From positions 596-64,595 of the forward strand of contig SVSJ01000011.1 in assembly GCA_015064355.1 (NCBI GenBank): DNA of 64,000 bases, given 5' to 3'. The notes beneath the pieces are model-generated. The model saw only the letters and a program-made list of their open reading frames with translations, made no database searches and was not told the DNA's origin. The position numbers and the translations under genes were made by a program. The stretch is from Oscillospiraceae bacterium. Its GTDB lineage: Bacteria > Bacillota > Clostridia > Oscillospirales > CAG-272. Positions 1 to 9,251 of the stretch are shown here, in pieces (position 1 is the first letter of the stretch; every line of letters begins with the position of its first letter).

Positions 1-474
1 CTCGACCCACGCGACGCGGTAGGAATATCTCGCGCCTGTCATATCGGTTACCGACACCGTATCACCGATTGAAATGGTTTTGGAAAAATCAAACTGCCCC
101 GCACCGTCACTTCCGCCAATAATAAGGCTTCCGTCGTATATGCTGCCCGTATATCTGCAGGGGAATCGGGACACTTTTCCGCCATCCCAGCTACTGTACA
201 CGGGAAGGTGCACAGAGTGCTTCGGCACTTCAATGATCCCCACAAAATTCATCCCGTCGATCTCAAGTGACGGCATATCCATATCAATTCTGTCGTCAAC
301 CGAGCCGGCTCTTACCTGTGGGATCAGTGAGTACATCTGCCCGAGAATTTCCGTGTTTTTTGATCTTGCGATCTTTTGGCTGATCATTGGAACGACGGTG
401 ATCAGCACAGCCGCCACTATGAAAGCCACACCGATCATCAAAAGGGCACGGGTTAATTTTGCGCTCCGCTTCAT
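1..474 (-). CDS. Sortase-fold protein, 5' part only (3' end lies beyond the left window edge)
   Basis: Absent from the ORF track because it is open at the edge. My minus-strand translation from ATG 474..472 gives MKRSAKLTRALLMIGVAFIVAAVLITVVPMISQK...LEIDGMNFVGIIEVPKHSVHLPVYSSWDGGKVSRFPCRYTGSIYDGSLIIGGSDGAGQFDFSKTISIGDTVSVTDMTGARYSYRVAWVE. It has an N-terminal TM anchor plus a sortase-like motif order. An ATGA overlap joins it to the stop of the upstream pilin gene. Confidence 0.45.
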   Translation of the reverse strand, partial: MKRSAKLTRALLMIGVAFIVAAVLITVVPMISQKIARSKNTEILGQMYSLIPQVRAGSVDDRIDMDMPSLEIDGMNFVGIIEVPKHSVHLPVYSSWDGGKVSRFPCRYTGSIYDGSLIIGGSDGAGQFDFSKTISIGDTVSVTDMTGARYSYRVAWVE

Positions 475-1388
475 TCTTCAGCCCTCTTTCGCCAGGTTGC
501 AAGAATGATCAGCCCACCGCCTGACAGGCACATAGCAACGGCGTATGGCCACAGCGCCATTGTGTCGCCGGTTTGCGGAGCCTCCGGGATCTCTTGAATT
601 ATCTTATTTACAATAATGAATGTGTTTCCCTCTCGGGTTACAGTCACCGTATAGTCCTCGGAAACCTCCCGCTCTACAATGTACCACACAGAACCGTCGT
701 CGGCTGTTTTCCAGGAGTATGACCAATTATTCTCCGGTGAGAGAACCTGTGTGAACTTTAGCTCCCCGTCCTCAAGAATATCAACAGTCACGTTTGCAGG
801 GCGTTTGTCTGTGCCACCCTCGTCCTTCCACAGCTTTATAACCTTATATTCAATGTCGCCACCCGTAGTGTATGAGTCGCTTTTGGGAATGGCTGTAACG
901 TCATAATCGTGATCTCCGTCCTCACTGGGGTGTGGCACAACTGTCAGAAAAGTCTCAAAGATCGTAACCGTCGCCCCGTCAACAGATGTCACGGAAACAG
1001 TCAGATACATACCCGGAAGAATATCGGTAAAGGAGACCATTCCCCATTCATCGGTGACACCGGTGCAGGTTGGCTCAATATCATCAGCCTCAGCGTATGC
1101 CGCAAGAGTCGTGGCAATGTTTCTCCATTCGCTCTGGGAGGTCACATCGTAGATCTTCACAGGATAAGAGGCAAAGTCTCCCGTAAGTGCGTAGGTTCCG
1201 TCAGCAAAAACCTCGGCAATTCTGTAGGTTCTTATGTTAAGTCCTTCAAAATACTTTCCGCCGTGGGTGTACTGCAGGGTAAGAGAAGAGGGTCTTTGGG
1301 TGTCAATGGGAGTTATGGCACACACTGACGGTGAAACCGCCGCCGCAAAAATCAGCACACACAGAAGAATTGACAGTGTTCTTTTCAT
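471..1388 (-). CDS. Cell-wall-anchored CnaB-domain minor/basal pilin (sorting signal PQTGD + TM + RKRAEE)
   Basis: Signal peptide MKRTLSILLCVLIFAAAVSPSVCA. CnaB-like block KVIKLWKDEGGTDKRPANVTVDILEDGELKFTQVLSPENNWSYSWK...YTVTVTREGNTFIIVNK. C-terminal APQTGDTMALWPYAVAMCLSGGGLIILATWRKRAEE. The start overlaps the srtC stop (TAATG). Confidence 0.7.
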   Translation of the reverse strand: MKRTLSILLCVLIFAAAVSPSVCAITPIDTQRPSSLTLQYTHGGKYFEGLNIRTYRIAEVFADGTYALTGDFASYPVKIYDVTSQSEWRNIATTLAAYAEADDIEPTCTGVTDEWGMVSFTDILPGMYLTVSVTSVDGATVTIFETFLTVVPHPSEDGDHDYDVTAIPKSDSYTTGGDIEYKVIKLWKDEGGTDKRPANVTVDILEDGELKFTQVLSPENNWSYSWKTADDGSVWYIVEREVSEDYTVTVTREGNTFIIVNKIIQEIPEAPQTGDTMALWPYAVAMCLSGGGLIILATWRKRAEE

Positions 1389-2221
1389 TACAAATCCTCC
1401 ATATCATCCTTCTTAACAGGGGTTACCAGAACGACCACCATAAGTATAAGAAGCATTGGAATAGCAATAACCGGCATTACGATGAGTGAATCTATCTGAT
1501 ATGCATCGGAAATGACGTAAATGTTCTTTTCGGATATAGTTTCAATACGGCATCCGCGAACCAAGAGTCTGTGGGTATTAATGCCGTAGGGGGTACAGGT
1601 GAGAAGGGTGCAATAGTCCTTGTCAGGCTCTATCTTTATATCATCAACAGTACTGGGTTCAATTATTTTTATTTGATCCACCTGATAGGTGAGCACACGG
1701 TCAAGGATCGTTATAGTGAAGGTGTCACCGATCTCCAAATGGTCGAGATGGGTAAACAAGGTTGCGGACGGAAGTCCTCTGTGTGCAGACAAGACCGAAT
1801 GTGTCCCGATCCCGCCCGAGGGCAAGCTTGTTCCTTCAAGATGACCTACAGCGGAGCTGAGAACAGAGTCATCGGTCGTATGGTATACAGGCAGCTCAAG
1901 GCCGATCTTTTCAATGGAGATGTAACCAAAAATACCGGTTCCGCTTACGTTGAGAATATCCATATATCCGTCAAGGGTCTTGTACTGAATAAGGGGAGCC
2001 TCCAGCTTTGCAAGTGCGCTGTTGTACTCGTCAGCACGCAGGAATTCCCCGGAATAGTCCTTGTCCGGTATAGCTTCAAGCATCTTTTCGTAGTCAATGA
2101 TCGCCTGCGACTGAGTACGGGAGTTCCAGTAGCTACTGAGAGAGGGATATAGCATCACGGAGAGGCCCACGAAAAAAACAGCCAGTAAAATTATGGTTGA
2201 CCATTTATGTTTTCTTTTCAT
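1388..2221 (-). CDS. srtC: Class C (pilin-polymerising) sortase
   Basis: N-terminal TM, catalytic His context HSVLSAHRG, TLLTCTPYGINTHRLLVRG (TLxTC + Arg), and the C-terminal TM helix typical of class C. It sits between two pilin genes. Confidence 0.85.
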   Translation of the reverse strand: MKRKHKWSTIILLAVFFVGLSVMLYPSLSSYWNSRTQSQAIIDYEKMLEAIPDKDYSGEFLRADEYNSALAKLEAPLIQYKTLDGYMDILNVSGTGIFGYISIEKIGLELPVYHTTDDSVLSSAVGHLEGTSLPSGGIGTHSVLSAHRGLPSATLFTHLDHLEIGDTFTITILDRVLTYQVDQIKIIEPSTVDDIKIEPDKDYCTLLTCTPYGINTHRLLVRGCRIETISEKNIYVISDAYQIDSLIVMPVIAIPMLLILMVVVLVTPVKKDDMEDL

Positions 2222-2295
2222 AAGCTTCTCCCTGATATTATATCATATCGGGTACAGGCTTCCCCATACCCGATATAATACACCAAATTCAAAAA

Positions 2296-3759
2296 TTATT
2301 CAGCAACCTGATCCATTCTCTTCTTTGCAAAGAGAACTACAGCTGCGCCGAGAACCATAATGCTACCGAGAGTGATGAACAGAGTTGTACCGAATCCACC
2401 TGTTTCGGGAAGCATGGAACCTGTCTTGTTTACAACGTGAACACCGGAACCTGTGGAGAATATGCCATCATTGAATACAGCATCGAGGTTGCCGTCTGAG
2501 ACAATGAACTTCTGACGAGCTGTGAGCTTGTTATAGCCTTCAGGAGAGATTGTTTCTTCAAGGTAGTATGTACCATTGTCAAAACCAACCACTCTAACCT
2601 GACCGTTCTTTACAACGATAGAAACGCCTGTTTCATCTGCTCTTGCGCGGCGATATGTTACACCGTCATCCATAAGAACAACTGCAACTTCGTTTCCGCC
2701 TTCATCAGCATCGTAGATCTTGAACTGAGCGCCGTCAATGAGAGTGTTCTGGGAGTCAGTCTTAACGATGTCAACACCGAATGTGTATGTTGTTACATAG
2801 TCTTCATTGGACTTGTGAGAAGAGCCTGTACCGAATGTGAGCCATGCGGTGTTAATGTTACCTGTACCTGCTATAACAGCATTTCTGTTAAGCATAGCTG
2901 TGTAGGAAACTACGATCTTGTCGTTTGTTTCAAGGTCATTGCAGAGATCTTCGGAGAATACGATCTCGAATGCGCAGTCAGAATCCTTGAGATCGGATGT
3001 TTTTACTGTGTACTCGGAAGGATCAACAGTAGTGGTAACAGAAGGTGTGCCGGGAACTACGTGTTCGATACCTGTAACTGCCTTGAATGTGATACCTTTA
3101 TCCATTTTATCGTGGAGGATGTAGTTCTGAGCACCTGCGTGAACATTAATGGTTACACGGTATTCAATAGTCTGGCCGATATCTGAAGTGTTGTTACCAC
3201 CCCACTGAGATGTGGAATCTTCGCAAACCTGCTTATCAATGGTAGGAATAGCGTTCTTTGCGTTGATGGATGCGTTAGGGTTTGTTGTTGTAAGACCACA
3301 GAGAGCACCCATTGTGGAGTCTACGAGGTAGTAACCAAGCGTAAGGTCTGTGAACTTACCTGCGTCGCCGGTAACAGTGAATTCGCCTGCGTTAGCGGAG
3401 GACTTAACAGCGCCGATGCCGTTAGCTTCTGCATAAGCGAGAGCAAGCTTTGCAAATGCAGCAACAGTGGAGTCAGCTTCATCAGTGATCCATGTTACAT
3501 AGCCTGCCTCGTCAATAGCAACGTATGTAAGTGCTTCGCTTGTTGCAAAGAAGCCTGTCCAGGAAGCATTTACCTTATAGGAGTACGCGCCGGATGTTGT
3601 GTTGTAGCTTTCAAGGTCAAGGAGTCTGTAAATTGAGTACACGTTACCATCGCTTACGCCATTGATCGTAATAGATCCGGTTTCCTCAGCCGCAAATACG
3701 GGGAGCGCAATTGTCAGGAGAAGCATTGCTGCTACTACTAAAGAAATCACTTTTTTCAT
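2296..3759 (-). CDS. Major (backbone) pilin, SpaH/EbpB-like, LPETG-anchored
   Basis: Signal peptide ending VFAAEE. E-box-like YYLEETISPEGYNKL. Candidate pilin-motif lysine in NAIPTIDKQV. C-terminal LPETGGFGTTLFITLGSIMVLGAAVVLFAKKR. Confidence 0.75.
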   Translation of the reverse strand: MKKVISLVVAAMLLLTIALPVFAAEETGSITINGVSDGNVYSIYRLLDLESYNTTSGAYSYKVNASWTGFFATSEALTYVAIDEAGYVTWITDEADSTVAAFAKLALAYAEANGIGAVKSSANAGEFTVTGDAGKFTDLTLGYYLVDSTMGALCGLTTTNPNASINAKNAIPTIDKQVCEDSTSQWGGNNTSDIGQTIEYRVTINVHAGAQNYILHDKMDKGITFKAVTGIEHVVPGTPSVTTTVDPSEYTVKTSDLKDSDCAFEIVFSEDLCNDLETNDKIVVSYTAMLNRNAVIAGTGNINTAWLTFGTGSSHKSNEDYVTTYTFGVDIVKTDSQNTLIDGAQFKIYDADEGGNEVAVVLMDDGVTYRRARADETGVSIVVKNGQVRVVGFDNGTYYLEETISPEGYNKLTARQKFIVSDGNLDAVFNDGIFSTGSGVHVVNKTGSMLPETGGFGTTLFITLGSIMVLGAAVVLFAKKRMDQVAE

Positions 3760-3828
3760 TTTTGTTTCCCTTTCTTGATGTAAATATAATAATGTTTTTT
3801 GTTTTTTTATATATATGCGTGCGCTATT

Positions 3829-6800
3829 TCAAGAAGACATTTTCATGTTCCTCCTCAAACAACGTCGTTTAAGTACATATATTGATACAAGTGAGCCGAC
3901 CATCATCGCCAGTCCACTGAGTATCCATGGTGCAGAGCCGAGTCCTCCTGTCGAGGGCAGCTCAAATCCGTGACCGTATTTATAGGAGTTTGTCACGGTT
4001 GTTTCGTAGGTGGGTATTCCCACTCCCACAGCTTTGATCTCGCCGTAGATAGGATCCCAGTCATCAGAGGTCCAAACCTCTTCTACAGAATAAGATATAA
4101 CCTCTTCGTCCTCATCCTCATAAGGAAGTCCTCTGAAAGTATCCGTCCAGTTGTTCTTCAGAGTGAGTGTAACGGTACGGCCGGTATCCTTTCCGTTTGC
4201 CAGCAACCTCACGGTTACAAGGGAGGTTTCGTAGGGCACGTTGACCGCGAGGCCCGTATCCCAGTACTTAGTTACTGTAAGTGATGTTTCAGCATCTAGG
4301 GGAGTATTCGTAATAGTGTACGCAATTCCCTCAACCTCTGTCTCGGTGGTTGTCACGTTGAGTATCATTGGCGTAAAGGTCAGCGTCGATGATGTGGCAC
4401 CGGAGAGATATCCGTTTGATGAATTCATCGTTGATACGTAATATGTTCTGTAGCTTGGTCTTACTGACAGTCTGTATCCCGAGCTGTAGTCGGAGTAAGT
4501 CAAGGTCTGATATGATGCGGAAGATTTCGTCAAGTAGAAATACCTGCTACTGCTGTTGTTACCGTTGTTGTAGGTCAGGGTCTGTCCGTTTTTGTTAGTT
4601 AACCTTACGGAAGTTCCTGACACAGACGCTACCCAGGTTGAGAGTGAGTAATCATCTCCGTAGCTTGCCTTTGCCTCTTCCTCTGTGATCCACTTCAAAG
4701 TCTGGGAGGAAGCATTTGCAGCGGACAAGTAGCCGTAGCTTGTTTTCAGCAGGTATTCTTTTCCGTTCTCAAAGTCGTATGACTCCCAGGTTTCATCGTT
4801 TATGACGATCTTGTCAACCCTTTCAACTGTTGACGAGTATCCGGGAGTGTAGGATTCTTCAGCACCATACTTGACTTCCGTCACCCCGTCCGCTGCGTAT
4901 TTCGGCAGGTTCGTCCAGGTGTACGTCCATTTGTTTTCTTCGCCAAGCACAGCCTCGCGGATCCGTCGAACAGTTCCGTCCGAATCAGTAACCGTCAAGT
5001 ACACGCTTACAAAGTCGGAGGAGTGATCCACCTTATCATCCCAGATCTTTGCGATCTGAACAGTGGTTGATTCCCTCACCCAGGTCTGGGCGTTGGTTAC
5101 GTTTATGTACGCCGCCTGATTTTCTGTATTGATATGGTAACCGTAGACGGTGTATCCCTTGGAGATATCCTCTCCCGAATCGTCCTCTACGATTTCTATA
5201 TCGAAGGTGGCTGTACCCTTTATATCGAATTCGAAACGAATTACGCCGTGTGCAAGCTCGTATCCGGGGTTGTCCGGTGCTTTCGTTTCTTTGATGTAGT
5301 AAGTCTTATTTGGGCTCATTCCCCACATTTCCGCCACACCGTCAACTACGGTAAAGGTGTTTGTCGGGGAAAGGTCTGCCTTGTAATCTGCTTCGGATTC
5401 CCAAAGGTCCACAGGCTCTGTGCATTCGGGATCAGCATATACAGAGAACTCTGCACCGTCAAGAAGCTCCTGAGTAAGGACGTCTTCCTTCTGGATAGTC
5501 AGGCTGTATCTCGGTGCGATGTTGAAGTACATAGCACAGTTAGACTGGGAGCTTCCGCGCTCGAGGTAATAAATTGTAAGGGTGTGGTCCCCTTCCTCAA
5601 GGTCATAAAGAGTGCCGGTCTGGGAGCCGTTTACAGTTACGATACCTGTTGAGAAGTTGATGGTTCCGGTAACAGCACCGTGAATACCACCTATGTCAAG
5701 TCTCACTTCCCCGTCAACCAGTACCCACAAGTCGTCGTCGCCGGAGAAGGTGTAGGACATCTGGTTTCCGTAAAGGTCCAGGTTACTGTAGTTTCCGTCA
5801 GCGTCCCGGGTTCCGGGAACATCAGCAAGGTAGAAATCCATCTCCATACTGATACCGAAGCTCATATCGGTGCTTACGCAGTCTGTCTGATTGTGACCAA
5901 CGTCATATTCGTAGTGAGGAACACCAACGTACTCTCCAAAATTACCGTCGTAATAATATGTATTTGGAGTTTTTCCGTTTGTGTTAGCGTAGGGTGAGTT
6001 CAGGGGCAAGAAGTCTGAGTATTTTCCGCTTCCGCTTCCTCCTCCCGAGTCTGTAGTACGGGAAAGGTAGTCGTAAACATAGAAGCGTTGCTCACTTCTG
6101 TTATAGGATGCCGCGTGAAGTTCGGAGTCGTAGTAGTAATATCCGTAATACTCACTATCCGGATTATCCATGTACTGGAACAGGTAGTCACCTTCTCCGA
6201 GATACGTCTTACCGATAACTCCCTCTCCGGTCTCGGCATCAAATCCGTTGTCAGTTCCGAACAGAATGTATCCAAGCTCATCGTTGTAGATGCCGGGCTT
6301 TACGGGAACATTTGCCGTATACACGTTGTTGTTATTACGGTTGTTACTCATGGTGAGTCTGCCGGAGTTGTCGTTATCAACAAACACGAAGTTTATGGCT
6401 TCGGAGTCGTTGTACTGCACCGTGCCATTTGAAACAAATGACCAGGTTTCAGAGTGTCCGGAAGAGTTCACCGTCACCGCTGCATTTGATGACATAACAT
6501 TGAAAAGGCTGTTATAGTCGAAAACGTTTACCTTGATTATGTCTCTTGAGCTTACGGTGTTTGATGTCGCGGCGTTATACCGTCCGATATCCATTGTGGC
6601 AGGTACCCAGTCGGCATAGAGGACCATGTTTCCTGTAACCGTGATCTCCTCGCCGGGGCGGTAATACACACCGTTTGTTACGTCGTACCATCCGCGGAGC
6701 GCGTAGCTGTACTTGGAAGAGGACTGCCACTCCGTGGGGAGCTGGACTGTTTCTCCAAGCTCTACCAGATAACGCTGATTTGGTGAGTCGCGGTAGATCT

Positions 6801-8628
6801 TCAGACCGCCGTTTGATCCGTCAAGCCACACAGCGCAGCTTGCTGATACACCAAACTGATATGCGGCGGCATCTGCAATACTCTGAGTCATCACGAACTC
6901 TCCGTCGCCAACGCTCAGTCTTGCATATTCGTTATTACTTCTGATCTTTACATCATTTCCGTATGACACAAGGGTACTTGTATATGCACCCGAGGTTGTA
7001 ACACCCGTTCCGTTATTGGGGTAGGCGTGCATATATCTTCCCGTTGACAGGTTCCTGATAAGATATGAGGTTTCTCCACCGGACTGTGTAAAGGTCCAGA
7101 GGATCAGGTTCGGGTCAACATCTGTCATTATATTGCCATCATCGTCAATATAGATCTGCACCGCATTTCCGTTTCCGTCGAATGCGTAATAAGATCCATT
7201 GCTTTCTGTATAAACAACGATGCTGTTTGTGTCAACGAACAAGTTGTGGTCAAAGTCCATGACCTTCGCGGCCTTTTGCAAAGCGTATGGGCTTATATCA
7301 TCCGATTCGAGTGCCGCGTTTGCTCCGATATCGGTTTTTATTTCATACTCAGGTTCCGTCTCAATTGGCGGCTCTGTCTCGATGGGCGGTTCCGTCTCAA
7401 TTGGCGGTTCCGTCTCGATTGGCGGTTCCGTCTCAATTGGCGGCTCCGTCTCAATTGGCGGTTCCGTTTCAATTGGCGGCTCTGTCTCAATTGGCGGCTC
7501 TGTCTCAATTGGCGGTTCCGTCTCGATTGGCGGTTCAGTTTCGATTGGCGGTTCAGTCTCAATTGGCGGCTCCGTTTCGATTGGCGGCTCCGTTTCGATT
7601 GGCGGCTCAGTCTCAATTGGCAGCTCTGTCTCAATTGGCGGCTCCGTCTCGATTGGCCGCTCCGTCTCGATTGGCGGCTCCGTTTCGATTGGCGGCTCCG
7701 ACTCAATTGGCGGCTCCGTTTCGATTGGCGGCTCCGTTTCGGGCTGCTCTTCAACAATTATCAAACTGTTTCCGGGAGATGACAATCCGTATCCAACGAT
7801 AAGCGGATCATCAAGTCCGTACTCAACTTCAGCGACCGCATCGTTGCAGTCACCTTCTATAACGGTAATTGCATCGTTTCCCACTTCGACAACGATTGCC
7901 GCAGAGTCGGGAGAGCCGTTTTCGTTCTTGTCGAGGAATACCACGTCTCCCGGGATGGGGGTATATGCGTTGCGGTCTTTATACCGTCCGTCTGATTCCC
8001 ACCGAACAAGCATTGCCTCAGCTCCGGCACTTAAATACACCTCATCAAGTCCGGCATATTTGAGGCAGAAGGAAACAAACATCACAGACCATTTGCCGTA
8101 TGGGTTTCCGTACCATTCGCCGTATCTGGTGTATCCCCGACGAACACCGTCAGAATCAATTTCAAAGTTCTGCTCACTTTCGGTATAACCAAGCTGGGAT
8201 CTTGCCACCTCAGTAACGCGCTGTGCCACCGAGAATTCTTCGGGAATACTTGGCAACGTTCCCTCCCAGACATCCGGTGTTTCAATGTCTGCCTTGATGT
8301 TTGAGTAACACAGGCTTTCGTGCACGTGCTCTTCCATACCGCAGGTGTACGTTATGCTGTAGCAGTCGTCTGTGTGTCGGTGGGAGTCTTCCTCCTCTGA
8401 CTCAGGCTCCGTGCAAACAAGCTCTGAGGCTATACATTCACTGCTGTGCGAATGCTCATCGTATCCGCAGAATGCCTCTCCTGCCATTGTGATTCCAGTC
8501 AGCTTCAGCGTCCAGAATACTGCAATAACCACGATCAAAGAAGCAAGAGGAAGCATAGCGCCAAGACGCTGTTTCCAGGTTTTTGATTGTTTTATTATTT
8601 CAAGATTACTTTTTATGTCTTTATCCAC
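3829..8628 (-). CDS. Giant LPXTG surface protein, probable pilus tip adhesin. Order: Cys/His cluster, CHAP-fold domain, ETEPPI stalk, PA14/fibro-slime-like domain, SpaA/CnaB-type domains
   Basis: GTG start at 8628 behind AAGGGGG. TM anchor LPLASLIVVIAVFWTL. CHAP-like YGEWYGNPYGKWSVMFVSFCLKYAGL...PGDVVFLD...ITVIEGD. FSGDDDLWVLVDGEVRLDIGGIHG. YYIKETKAPDNPGY. CnaB-like KIWDDKVDHSSDFVSVYLTV and VTKYWDTGLAV...VRLLANGKDTG. C-terminal LPSTGGLGSAPWILSGLAMMVGSLVSIYVLKRR. Confidence 0.7.
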   Translation of the reverse strand: MDKDIKSNLEIIKQSKTWKQRLGAMLPLASLIVVIAVFWTLKLTGITMAGEAFCGYDEHSHSSECIASELVCTEPESEEEDSHRHTDDCYSITYTCGMEEHVHESLCYSNIKADIETPDVWEGTLPSIPEEFSVAQRVTEVARSQLGYTESEQNFEIDSDGVRRGYTRYGEWYGNPYGKWSVMFVSFCLKYAGLDEVYLSAGAEAMLVRWESDGRYKDRNAYTPIPGDVVFLDKNENGSPDSAAIVVEVGNDAITVIEGDCNDAVAEVEYGLDDPLIVGYGLSSPGNSLIIVEEQPETEPPIETEPPIESEPPIETEPPIETERPIETEPPIETELPIETEPPIETEPPIETEPPIETEPPIETEPPIETEPPIETEPPIETEPPIETEPPIETEPPIETEPPIETEPPIETEPPIETEPPIETEPEYEIKTDIGANAALESDDISPYALQKAAKVMDFDHNLFVDTNSIVVYTESNGSYYAFDGNGNAVQIYIDDDGNIMTDVDPNLILWTFTQSGGETSYLIRNLSTGRYMHAYPNNGTGVTTSGAYTSTLVSYGNDVKIRSNNEYARLSVGDGEFVMTQSIADAAAYQFGVSASCAVWLDGSNGGLKIYRDSPNQRYLVELGETVQLPTEWQSSSKYSYALRGWYDVTNGVYYRPGEEITVTGNMVLYADWVPATMDIGRYNAATSNTVSSRDIIKVNVFDYNSLFNVMSSNAAVTVNSSGHSETWSFVSNGTVQYNDSEAINFVFVDNDNSGRLTMSNNRNNNNVYTANVPVKPGIYNDELGYILFGTDNGFDAETGEGVIGKTYLGEGDYLFQYMDNPDSEYYGYYYYDSELHAASYNRSEQRFYVYDYLSRTTDSGGGSGSGKYSDFLPLNSPYANTNGKTPNTYYYDGNFGEYVGVPHYEYDVGHNQTDCVSTDMSFGISMEMDFYLADVPGTRDADGNYSNLDLYGNQMSYTFSGDDDLWVLVDGEVRLDIGGIHGAVTGTINFSTGIVTVNGSQTGTLYDLEEGDHTLTIYYLERGSSQSNCAMYFNIAPRYSLTIQKEDVLTQELLDGAEFSVYADPECTEPVDLWESEADYKADLSPTNTFTVVDGVAEMWGMSPNKTYYIKETKAPDNPGYELAHGVIRFEFDIKGTATFDIEIVEDDSGEDISKGYTVYGYHINTENQAAYINVTNAQTWVRESTTVQIAKIWDDKVDHSSDFVSVYLTVTDSDGTVRRIREAVLGEENKWTYTWTNLPKYAADGVTEVKYGAEESYTPGYSSTVERVDKIVINDETWESYDFENGKEYLLKTSYGYLSAANASSQTLKWITEEEAKASYGDDYSLSTWVASVSGTSVRLTNKNGQTLTYNNGNNSSSRYFYLTKSSASYQTLTYSDYSSGYRLSVRPSYRTYYVSTMNSSNGYLSGATSSTLTFTPMILNVTTTETEVEGIAYTITNTPLDAETSLTVTKYWDTGLAVNVPYETSLVTVRLLANGKDTGRTVTLTLKNNWTDTFRGLPYEDEDEEVISYSVEEVWTSDDWDPIYGEIKAVGVGIPTYETTVTNSYKYGHGFELPSTGGLGSAPWILSGLAMMVGSLVSIYVLKRRCLRRNMKMSS
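7338..7745 (-). repeat. About 22 imperfect tandem 18-bp units encoding ETEPPI (variants ESEPPI, ETERPI, ETELPI)
   Basis: Direct reading of ggcgg(c/t)tc(c/t)gt(c/t)tc(a/g)att units. They are in frame within the tip adhesin ORF. Confidence 0.9.
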
Positions 8629-8663
8629 TATGCCACCCCCTTTCCTCAGGGATACATATTATA

Positions 8664-9251
8664 TCAGTTCAAAATTTCCATATCGGAAAGCGGCCAAACC
8701 TTAAAGAAAAGCTTGCCGACAATTTGCTCCGTTGGAATACATCCAATAACTGTGCTTCTGCTGTCGATTGATGTGGACCTGTGGTCTCCCATCAAAAAAT
8801 AAGTGTTTTCCGGAACTGTAAAGGGGAATTCGATATCGCACTCTCCCAGTCCCTTTTCGCTGATATAGGGCTCGTCAAGCATATATCCGTTGACATATAC
8901 GTTGCCGTCATGGTCGATGACGATAACGTCTCCCGGTAAGCCGATTACCCTCTTTATCAGTATTTTATTTGAGTATGAGAATCCGCACAGATCCCCATAT
9001 TTAAGTTTCGAGGTTTTCAGAAGGACCACAATATCCCCGTTGTCAAGGGTGGGCTCCATACTGGTACCCGCAATCTGCAAAACCGGGAGAATAAGGGTCG
9101 TGATCAGCACCGCTATTGCCGCAACTATTACAAGGGTGTAAACCGTGTTTTTCAGTATTCGCTTAAAGCGGATCTTGTTCCTCTCTCTTTTCAGCTCCGT
9201 CTTGATCTGATCGACGGAAAGAGTCGTTCTTTTATTCTCGTTCATAATCAT
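8664..9251 (-). CDS. Signal peptidase I (S26 family), pilus-operon-associated
   Basis: Box B GTSMEPTL (Ser), box D LIKRVIGLPGD (Lys), box E GDHRSTSIDSR, and an N-terminal TM helix. Confidence 0.85.
   Translation of the reverse strand: MIMNENKRTTLSVDQIKTELKRERNKIRFKRILKNTVYTLVIVAAIAVLITTLILPVLQIAGTSMEPTLDNGDIVVLLKTSKLKYGDLCGFSYSNKILIKRVIGLPGDVIVIDHDGNVYVNGYMLDEPYISEKGLGECDIEFPFTVPENTYFLMGDHRSTSIDSRSTVIGCIPTEQIVGKLFFKVWPLSDMEILN

Noticed and set aside
74-508. The 144-aa plus-strand ORF and the 48-245 / 296-502 minus-strand ORFs from the track
   Set aside because: The minus-strand frame open to the window edge gives a TM + sortase-like protein coupled to the operon by an ATGA overlap. The track ORFs have no recognisable features.
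7338-7745. A possible CRISPR array, because of the regular short repeats
   Set aside because: The units are contiguous with no spacers, are 18 bp long and in frame, and encode a peptide repeat. No cas genes are present in the window.
7220-8188. Plus-strand ORFs with GGSVSI / RLNWR / QLAA repeats (7220-8188, 7246-7782, 7287-7802) and the minus-strand alternative-frame ORF at 7338-7757
   Set aside because: They are mirror or alternative frames of the 18-bp ETEPPI repeat inside the 1599-aa ORF. They have no RBS and are pure repeat artefacts.
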